Shown here piece after piece: positions 54,481-64,000 of a stretch of 64,000 bases of DNA. Both the position numbers and the translations under genes were made by a program. The notes beneath the pieces are model-generated. The model was not told the DNA's origin and ran no database searches. It saw only the letters and a list, made by a program, of their open reading frames with translations. The first letter of the stretch is position 1; each line of letters starts with the position of its first letter. The DNA is from Eledone cirrhosa (lineage: Eukaryota), in NCBI GenBank assembly GCA_964016885.1, contig OZ024746.1, positions 11,222,001 through 11,286,000 of the forward strand. The letters run 5' to 3'.

Positions 54481-55336
54481 TAAGGTAAGCCCAAATCATA
54501 GGAGATTCAAATATCACAGATATATATAGAGAGAGAGAGGGGGGGGGGGGGGGGAGAAATGAGGTGGAACAGAAATGAAACATAGATTACAGATTAAAAT
54601 ATAGTCTAGATAGATGAGAAACAAAACGAGGATGTGGTATATGGAACACCCAAATGATTTAGAAGTCGACCTTAATTAGGAGCAATAACATTAAGAAAGA
54701 CATGAACAACACCACAACACTTTGTTTTGAAAATTTTGAAAGTAGGTTTATAAGTATGAATTTTCAATGGAGTTTAGAAGTTGTCTCTGTGGCCTAGCGA
54801 TAGGTACTAGAGACGGCGGAGATCCTCCCAATGGGTTCGATCCTGGTCAAGAGGTAGATGTAATTTTTTCAGTTTTTATTTTACAACCAAAAGAAAAAAA
54901 ACGAAAAGCTTTACTGAGAACCATACTCCCGACCACGATCGAACTTCAGACCAGGACCACCATCGTCTATGATTCCTCCAACTAGGCCAGTGAGACAGCT
55001 ACAAAAGTATAATGAAAATTGATAATTATAAACCTACTTTCAAAATCAAAGTTAAAATGAAGTGGTGTCGTTCATGGCTTTCATAGAGCTATTAGTAATA
55101 TTTACGGTCGACTTCTGGTCATTATTGAAAGTCTCTGGATTTCGCAAAATACATATTTTTTATTGGAGAAGGTAAGATATTTTTCCGCAAAAATTTGATT
55201 GCACTGTTTTGTTTCCACTTATGTATTTTTCGAAAATGTTATTTATTCATTATAAAAATTAAATAATAGCATCTATAAGTAGGTGGTCCTCCTTCCTCTC
55301 CTGGCAACCAATATTTTTAGACCCAGTCCGTCACTG
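54065..55336. mobile_element. Non-autonomous hAT element with nested insertions
   Basis: TIRs CAGTGGCGGACTG / CAGTCCGTCACTG; 8-bp TSD CATGGATC at 54057-54064 and 55337-55344. Confidence 0.85.
54653..55123. mobile_element. Fold-back MITE with tRNA-like A/B boxes in its arms
   Basis: Arms pair (AGAAGTCGACC/GGTCGACTTCT, TTTTGAAAGTAGGTTTATAA/TTATAAACCTACTTTCAAAA, TGGCCTAG/CTAGGCCA, GTTCGATC/GATCGAAC). Confidence 0.65.
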
Positions 55337-57141
55337 CATGGATCATAACGGGAAACTTATTTTTCGTCTCCTGTTATGAAATATTGTGACAGTTGTTTTG
55401 TCATAGCACTACACACCCTACAGCTAGTTGTATTGAAATAAAGACTGAACAGATAGCAGGACAAAAATATGAGCCGAAGGCGAGCGACACTTCACTAGTA
55501 CACTTTCTTTATGATTCGCTTTTTTTCATCTCTTCCTAAGAAACCCTTTCTTTCTAACAAAGACGGAGGGAGAGTGGTGAATGAAGTCGAATAGTACGCT
55601 ATATACTCTTGGGTTCCAAATAATAAGTGCGTGGGGGGACAATTTTTATAAGCGGGAATAAACGGGGTGGGAGTGAATCGGTAATTGTATAGTGTACGTT
55701 CGTAAATATGGAATTTCTTGCAATGTTCTTTTTTTTTTGTCATATATAATGTTTTTTTATGTAAAATAAAATTATTAGATTCTCCAGCTGCTGTATCAAT
55801 ATGAATCACAAAATTTCGCCGGAGATAGAAAAATCTGATAAATTAATAAGCGGCGGTGGGGGGACGATTATTCAAGACCTGAGAGTATTTACTATTCCAC
55901 TTCGTTCACCGCTCTTCTACGTCTTTCTTGCTATATTCAACCCGTTATATTCCTTCTTTTTAGCTTTCATTTCCAGTAGCATAGCTATTTAAGAGCAATA
56001 TATATTTCTTGTGGGGCTCGGGGCGGCAAACTAATGGGCTTCCTCGAGCGGCACACACACTATCTACGTCACTGCTCATTTCACCTCCTCTAATAATCAT
56101 TATGTCTTCGTAGTTCAAATGCCGCCGAGGTTAACTTTGCCTTTCATCCTTACAGGGTCGATAAAATAAAGTACCAGTAATACACTGGGATAATTGCTGG
56201 CCTTGTGCCAAAAGTAGAAACAATTATGTCTTCGTAGTGAAAAGTATGCATAGATTCAAGAAAAATTTATTAACTAAAACTGATTTTCTTAATAACTGTT
56301 CTTGTAGTATCATGATACACTCTAGCTGTAATTTGTTTTCAAATCTAAAAATAGTCAGGAACAAAGATTTCATTTTTCAATTAAGTTCCCGCAACTGAAT
56401 AATCCAGCTGTTGAAGTGCCACTCTAGATATTTCAGTGAGTGGCATTTCAGTGAACATTAGAATGAGTACATTCTACCAGCAGACACAGTTACCGGAGCC
56501 AGAAGTGAGTCAGACGAGAACCAGTGTGCTCATCTGTCTATGTATGATGTTGCCGGACACCAAGGTGTTCTCTCTACCCCCCTTTTGAGATAATGTTGCT
56601 CTAAATCACTTCACTATTTTCAAAGGAACATTAGATAATGCTATGTCCACTATTGAAGTGACGTTTCTTTAAACCGTTTCACTACTTTCAAAGAGACAGT
56701 GGGTAACAGTACTCGGTTTTTAAATGATGTTCCCCCTAAAGTCTTGATAATATACGTCCAGTATTGCAATAACGTTTCCTCAAATCACTTCACTATTTTC
56801 AAAGGAACAATAGATAACGCTTTCAAAGAAACAGTAGGTAACGGTACGTCTGGCTTTAAAATGATTCTTTAATTCCTGGATAAACATTAAGTTAAATATT
56901 GAATAAAGATTATATCAAGTCAAAGTTGAACTGAAGTTTACATTTCTGCGCAAAAACCGGTGAAGAACCGATAGAATTACGAAACGAACTGAAAGAAGAC
57001 GAAGACAGAAGCAACGTACTGAGAAGATGGGACTCCGACTTCATAGAGCACCCAAATGGTGAACTGTTAGAGAAATCTACAGGAACAGTCTCTGAAGATT
57101 CAGTGTTAAGACATTGTGGATAATTAAATCAAGACAAATTA

Positions 57142-58894
57142 TACCGCGTAACAAAAAAAAAAATGTTATCTGTTCCTGGCTTGTAATCACTTTTTTGTGT
57201 TGCTTAGGTCCCAAATAAATAAATAAAAAAGTGCTATTAAACAGTTAAAAGTTTGGGTTTGTAAAAATTCTAAGCTATTCACTAGAATTATTTGAATGCT
57301 GGATTTTACGTTGTATGTAAGTTTAATTTGTTTATGTTAAATGATTTTTTTATATGTTTCGGGTTAAATTAAAATTATAAAATAAAGAGTAATACCTAAA
57401 GAAAATTATAAAAGTGCAATAAAGTATAAAATTGTTAAAAAGTGGATTAAAGAGATTTATTGATACTGGATTTTCGCACACTGAGTAAAGAGTAAGTTGT
57501 GTTTTAAGCATTCGTCTCCAGGATGAAGCAGTGGAACTTGGTCTAGGAGGAAGTGCAGGTGACAAGTCAGAGAAGTCGACACGAACCTTTCTCAGGCTTT
57601 TACACTCTTAGGGATGGCCTCTGCTTCTGCCATGACGTGCCTGGACTGTTTGACGTTATTGGGGTGCCGTTTGTGCACAAGGAGTGGCGGCTATTTATAA
57701 ATAGCTCCACCACAAGTTTGAAGGCTGTCCTCCACAATGGAAACAAGTTCCCGACACTGCCCCTAGCTCATTCAGTCTGCCTGAAGGAAGATTACTACAG
57801 TGTGAAAGTCCTCTTGGAAGCTCTGCAATACAACCAGTACAATTGGGAAATCATTGGAGACTTCAAGATGGTGGCTTTCCTGCTTGGACACCAAGGAGGC
57901 TTTATCAAATTCCAATGCTTCCTCTGCCTTTGGGACAGAAGAGCCACCTCTGACCACTACAAAAGAAAGAACTGGGAGCAGCGAACATAATTTGTAGTTG
58001 GGACCCGGAACGTCATGTGGGAGCCACTGGTTGATCCCAGGATTGTGCTCATGCCGCCACTGCACGTTAAGTTGTGGTTGTTGAAGCAGTTTGTGAAGGC
58101 TCTCGACCAAGAATCAGCCGCTTTTAAGTACCTTCTTGAGTTCTTCCCCAAGTTATCTGCGGCCAAAATCAAAGGTGGAATTTTTGTTGGACCTCAGATA
58201 AAGAAGGTGTTTGAGTCTACCGAGTTCTCCAATAAGCTCAATAGGATTGAGAGAACAGCATGGAACTGTTTCAAGGCAGTTGTTAAGGGCTTCCTGGGCA
58301 ACTACAGAGCTGAAAACTACCAGCAACTGGTGCAGGATCTGATAAAGGCTTTTGGCGCCATGGGATGCAGGATGTCGCTTAAACTCCATATGGTGGACGC
58401 TCACCTGGAAAAATTCAAGAACAATATGGGCGCCTACTCAGAAGAACAAGGCGAACGATTCCACCAATATGTTAAAGAGATAGAGCGGAGGTACCAGGGT
58501 CACTACAATGAAAAAATGATGGGGGGGGGGGGACTATATCTGGGGGGGGGGGGGGGGGGGGGGCTAGTGCGGGAATGCGACCTGGACTACAACCGCAAAT
58601 CCAGTCATTTCTGACGTGTATAAGTTGCTTTATAAGTGTTATTTGTTTTTACTTGTTTGCTTTTGGTAAGCTTGTGTAATAAAATAAATATATATACTCT
58701 GTTGATTTAATTATATGACCTGATAAATTTTTTTTAAATGTGTTTTTTCTTGAAAAATATGAAAATTTCGAAATATCCAATTCTTGACCACAAACCCAAA
58801 CTTCTGATTAATTAAGTGTTTTTTATAATAATGGGATATAACAAACCAGGAAATGACACTTAAAACCAGGGAACAAAAAATATGTTACACGGTG
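57142..58894 (+). mobile_element. Chapaev3-type (CMC) DNA transposon, internally deleted
   Basis: TIRs TACCGCGTAACA / TGTTACACGGTG, 3-bp TSD TTA, and a transposase remnant inside. Confidence 0.85.
57553..58614 (+). pseudogene. Chapaev3-type transposase pseudogene
   Basis: WRLFINSS..SLKAVLHNGN, GDFKMV..LLG.QGG...F.CFLCLWD, PPLHVKL, MSLKLH, SEEQGERFHQ. There is an in-frame TAA at 57988-57990, the N-terminus is missing, and poly-G runs occur near the end. Confidence 0.88.
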
Positions 58895-58993
58895 TTATCG
58901 TCACGATCAGTAAAAATTTGTTGATAAACGTTTCTTTGTTTTCTTTTTGTTTCAGAGTAAATGCGTTGCATTTCATTAAAACAAATTCAAAGA

Positions 58994-59027
<34 letters not shown>

Positions 59028-60561
59028 ATCCTACCATCTGGATTTTTTTTTTTAAATAGAAATCTCAAAAGGAAATGAAATAATCGAACATTATATCGCT
59101 ACTGCAGACATTCTACATCACAAAAAGAAAGAAATATTATGCAACGGCGAGAATTCCACGTGACATCAATGAATACTAAACAAGCGAAATAATAGATTAA
59201 GAGGCATTGCTTAATGACAACATTTTAAATTAAAGAAAAAAAAAATATTGTAATCTATTTGTACTTTGAAAGTAACTGATTTTTCTTTAGACAGTGGTCA
59301 CGATATAACAGCTGCATCGTGATTTCAAGAATTGTCACCACCTGATCAAGGACAAACAATATTTTTGTCACTGGATTTCGTTTTCATTCACTCTGAATAA
59401 AAAAGCATGACGAAGTATCGACGTGTAATTACCACAATGGTTTTATGGGACAGCCGCACAATTTCCTACCCAATGCAATACCAAAATATACTCCTAGGCA
59501 CCTTAGAATATAACTTTGAATAGCATGAAGTCAGTGTCATGAGGGGCTTTGATCTAACCTAGTCAGGTTCTCATCCCTGTGGCTCGTTTACTCTAAATCC
59601 ATTTCGTGTTAAGTTAAATACCTTCTTTTGATTGAATATAAAATTATATAAAATGGAGGCACATGGCTTAGTGGTTAGAGCATTAGCCTTGCAAACGAAA
59701 GGTGAGTTCAATTCTCAGACCGGGTGATGAGTTTCCTTGAGCAAGACACTTTATTTCACATTGCTCCAGTTTACTCAGCTGTAGAAATGAGATGACGGAC
59801 TGCAGTTCCTAACATTCCACTGCATATGGAGGTGCCACGGCATTTAAATTTAAAAAAATTTAAAAAAATAAAAAAAAAAAAAAAAAAAACACCACTCACT
59901 GTAAATGAGGTTGGTGTTAGAAAGAGCATCCAGCTGTAGAAATCAAGCCAGAATCAGTTCCCGTCCCACCTTTGCAAGCAGGGAAAAGCAGACGTAAAAT
60001 GTTGATTAAACAATGCTTATGAATTATATTTTCTAGTATAATGTCCTTACCCATACTGCTAGTTTCCATTTTAATAACTGCTTTCTCCAACACCACATCT
60101 TAACTTTATTGTATGTACGAACCCTTGTGGCTGATAATGAAATGGTTATTAACCATCCTCATGCCATCAAATCCTCAGTCTTAAAACATGCAAAATATCA
60201 ATCCAACAAGCTCATGTTTTGTAATAGACAATATGAAAATTGTTATTTATCTAACAATTGAAATGAGTTTGTCATAGTCATGCCTTTCTAAAGGACATTA
60301 AGGTACCTGTTCAAGTCAACTGGCCCAAATAAAAACCATTTAACATCAAAATAGCTATTCTAGAGAACTGCAGGCTAAAAATGAATTTATTTCATATTGG
60401 CTGAAACCACAAATCAGTGAAAAATATATAATTGATTGTATAGACTGGTTACACCCTTTATCTTAGTTTTAAAAAACAAAAGCAGTGGTAATCAGATAGT
60501 GCTTTGCACTTTCTCCACACACACACACACACATATATATATAATCTTTATATATATATAT

Positions 60562-60637
<76 letters not shown>

Positions 60638-60773
60638 AACAACAAACATCCAAAACCAATTTTTAATTGTTGCATCTCTTTATATCATAAAATCAAGAAA
60701 CAATTAGGTAAATTAACATTGGTATAAAGAATAAACATTGTTCTTGGTATGTATTCTGACAAATTTCACTAAT

Positions 60774-60807
<34 letters not shown>

Positions 60808-61102
60808 TAGCAGGTTAATTAAATTCACAATACAAAAAGTAGAATAACTTGGTCAGGGCTTCAAATTTTACAAAAAAAAAAAATATTTCGAAGGAATTTA
60901 AAACATTTTTCCTCTACATTTTTAATAATTTTTTTTCCCCTCCATTATCAGAGAAAATAACTCACAGCCATGTCCAGGATTTACTATTTGGATAGAGAAA
61001 CAACAGATAATCAAAGAAATAGTAGGCTATGGTTAGAGATTAAGTTTTCAAAAAAAAAAAAAAAAAAAAAAAAAAATCAATTTGGAGTGGGGAGACAACG
61101 TT

Positions 61103-61126
61103 TTTATTAATTTTTATTAATTTATT
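61103..61126 (-). promoter_or_regulatory. Candidate polyadenylation signals of the NHERF-like gene
   Basis: Three clustered TTTATT (AATAAA on minus) about 2.1 kb downstream of the stop codon, in a U-rich UTR-like tract. Confidence 0.3.
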
Positions 61127-61173
61127 ATAAACAATAAAACCAATTGGAAACAAGTTCAATATATCTATTTATC

Positions 61174-61207
<34 letters not shown>

Positions 61208-62023
61208 TATATATATATAATTGAGTACATTTTCATTTCATACTGTTTGTTTTCTTTTTTTATTTATGCTAATGTTAGCAAAAGGTTTCATAAAGGTTTA
61301 GGTGGGAAAATAAACTGAATAAAAAAAAAAAATAAATAAAAAAAAAAGATAAATTAGGGGAAAAAAAAAACAAGATGTTTATCCACTTAAGCACAATTAA
61401 GATACCAATTTTCAAAAATAAACAGCAGTAAGAGAAGAGCAGCCCAGATAAAGTGTATCCTATGGTATATTAGTCCAAAAGCAACGTCCATGGACTAGAA
61501 AATGCTTATAAATGTAACAGTCGGATTTAGTTCTAAGAACAAAAGTGGATATCTTAAAATCTCATAGAAAAAATATAGTCTAACTATTAATCTGTTTCCT
61601 TCTGAAAAAGTATTTTCATTGAGCAGTTTGAGGGTTTTCTGTTTGTTTTGCCAAAACTGAATGCAATTTAAAACAAAGTAATATTTAAATTTACATAAAT
61701 CAAACTGAGGTTATCTATAATAGATGCGACTATAAATATGGAGTAAATTATCAATATTTTCTTGATGGCATTGATTTATTTAAAGCAATTCAGAATGCAA
61801 CAGTGTGAGTATAATTACTAAAGAAAAATAGTTAACCAATCCAAAAGTATCACACTTAGATTTTGTGATGAAATATGTCAGAAGGAAACAGATAAAAGTC
61901 AATATCTTCTTCAGCAGTGTTGAGTAAAAAATATAGTAAATTACTGCACAAAACTATTAGGAATCATTCCCAGCAGCTTTAGAATAATTAGAGTCTCTAA
62001 CAGATAGGTAAAAGAAATATATT

Positions 62024-62054
<31 letters not shown>

Positions 62055-63259
62055 AGTAAGATATATCGATTTGATCAAATTGAGCGACAAGATCCGACCG
62101 ACCTCATTCACTTACCAAGTGGAGGGGAACTCATCAAATTGGACCAAGGAAACAATGTTTAGAAACATTTCTAATACTATCTACTGGTCACAACTCCTGG
62201 TAGAAAGAGCAACGTGAAATAAAGCGTCTTACTCAAGGACACAACGCATCACCCAGTCTGGGAATCAAACTTGCAACCTCATGATTGCCAATCCAATTCT
62301 CTAACCACTAAGTGGAATTTGGAATGAAAAATAGTTAAACAGGTGTAAATTACACCTAAAATATAATAGAGCAGAAAACTGAACTGTAATATAATGAATG
62401 TAATAGTGCACATGAGCCTTTTCTGTAAACATACTGCTGTCATTAGCCCACTAACTATTAAATGGAATGCAAATTTTAAGTATAGCCTCAAACTTTATCA
62501 AATGAACATCAAAATCTAAGGTTAAAATACAAACATGAATCCAAGAGAATACTCAATGTAACATAAGAGAAAAAAAAAATGTATAATGCTGCAAATGATT
62601 TTGGAATGCATGTTATATAATCAGTTTTTCAATATATCAAAGCACAACTTATCTCAAGTTCAATCCTGAGCACCTGAACAAAATAGAAATCCATATAAAC
62701 AAGACTATTGGGAAAGTAAAGTAAAAATAATTTCTGTAAAATGAAAGCCAGTAGTAAAAACAAAATCAAGATGTGACACCTTGAGTTATTACTGACAGTA
62801 ACAAAGACAAAACATTGAGCCAGTGTGAATATAAAAATTCACTTACAAACCTTACAACTAATATTACTCTATGAAAAAAAAATTTTTTTCAGAAAATTCT
62901 CCATGTTTGTAAATACATCAGTGTAAGGGTTCCTATCAAAACATAAGTGGATGTTTTGATTAGAATGACAAAAAGCAAAAGAATACAAAAAAAGGGACAA
63001 GAATAACAGTAGAAGAAAGCCTCCAAAATGAGCTTTCACCGAGATAGAATTAGAGAAAGGACAGGCACTTGTGATAGGGGAAAATATCCAACAGGATAAA
63101 TACATTTTAAACTTGATATAATTGTTGAAAAACTGTATTCGGAACAAATTCTTCAGTAACTTCAGTTCAGTGCATACCTGTGTGTGTGTATGTGAGCATG
63201 TGTATGTATGTGCATCCATGGTCAAACATCGACGCTGGAATAACATCAGTAAGAATACA

Positions 63260-63892
63260 TCACAGTTTCTCTAAAAGGTCATGCTTTTCTTTTAGATTCA
63301 TTTCTTTGAACTTGCTGGTTTTCTTCTTGGACAAGATCCTTTGCCTCATCTCCTCAACACTTACATTAACAAAGTTTAATGGGTCACTAACATCAACAGG
63401 TTTAGCACTTTGTGGTGGTAATGAAGGTTGTGGTGGTAATGAAGGTGGAGTTTCCAAGCTTTCAAGGGGTACTTTTATCAAATTTAAGTTATGTTTTTCT
63501 GATTCATCTTCAATGCTTGATACTGCTTCTGCTTTGATCGATTCAATATCCGATTTGACAGAATCAGCTTTTTCCAATTCTGCTTGGATGTGGCTCATTT
63601 GGTTGTCCAATTCAGATTTCACTGATTCACTTTTCAAGGAATTTGTTTCTGGTTTGTCAGATTCTGATTTCTCTGATTGTGTTTCTTGTTTGTCAGATTC
63701 TGATTTCTCTGATTGTGTTTCTTGTTTGTCAGATTCTGATTTCTCTGATTCAGTTTTGATAGATTCTGAATCTACCTTGTCCAATGATTCTGTAGTGGAT
63801 AGTACAGGAGCAGGATCTGGAACATCATATAAAGGATTTCCATCTGCTTCAGATGTGGTCACAATTTCTGTATTGTGTTCAATCCCATTCTC
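63260..63892 (-). CDS. Last coding exon of a NHERF/EBP50 (SLC9A3R/Sip1)-like PDZ scaffold protein
   Basis: Acceptor ttttatcAG|GAG at 63893/63892 (phase 0). An acidic Ser-rich linker ends in LNFVNVSVEEMRQRILSKKKTSKFKEMNLKEKHDLLEKL*, resembling the EBP50 C-terminal ERM-binding tail. The PDZ exons would lie outside the window. Confidence 0.75.
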   Translation of the reverse strand, partial: ENGIEHNTEIVTTSEADGNPLYDVPDPAPVLSTTESLDKVDSESIKTESEKSESDKQETQSEKSESDKQETQSEKSESDKPETNSLKSESVKSELDNQMSHIQAELEKADSVKSDIESIKAEAVSSIEDESEKHNLNLIKVPLESLETPPSLPPQPSLPPQSAKPVDVSDPLNFVNVSVEEMRQRILSKKKTSKFKEMNLKEKHDLLEKL

Positions 63893-64000
63893 CTGATAAA
63901 ATAAATAATTTTAAAAATTAAAATTCAGTTTAGATTTTGATTCAGCTAAATTAAATTTTAAAAAAACGTGTTCTTAAAAATAATTATTTATAAATAATTA

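Noticed and set aside
63180-63896. 238-aa plus-strand ORF
   Set aside because: It is the antisense shadow of the NHERF-like exon.

Overview
AT-rich, microsatellite-dense eukaryotic genomic DNA, probably a cephalopod (octopus-like, inferred from the SINE families and repeat landscape), with a 200-N assembly gap at 16267-16466. Almost all ORFs in the track are microsatellite artefacts. The only host gene is the last coding exon of a NHERF/EBP50-like PDZ scaffold on the minus strand (63260-63892). The rest is mobile DNA: Penelope-like (GIY-YIG) retroelement fragments, CR1, RTE-type and L1/Tx1 LINE fragments, a Chapaev3-type transposon with TIRs and a TTA TSD, hAT and mariner MITEs, and many tRNA-derived SINEs. 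The most striking feature is a dense set of type-I hammerhead ribozyme motifs from at least six sequence families (about 10 with intact cores, plus several degenerate or half copies). Most occur as outward-facing inverted pairs inserted in or next to (TA)n tracts, and several elements have no recognisable coding capacity. In one family the palindrome folds back exactly at ribozyme stem II, and in another element one arm ends exactly at the predicted cleavage site. All ribozyme calls are by-eye structure predictions and are not experimentally tested.
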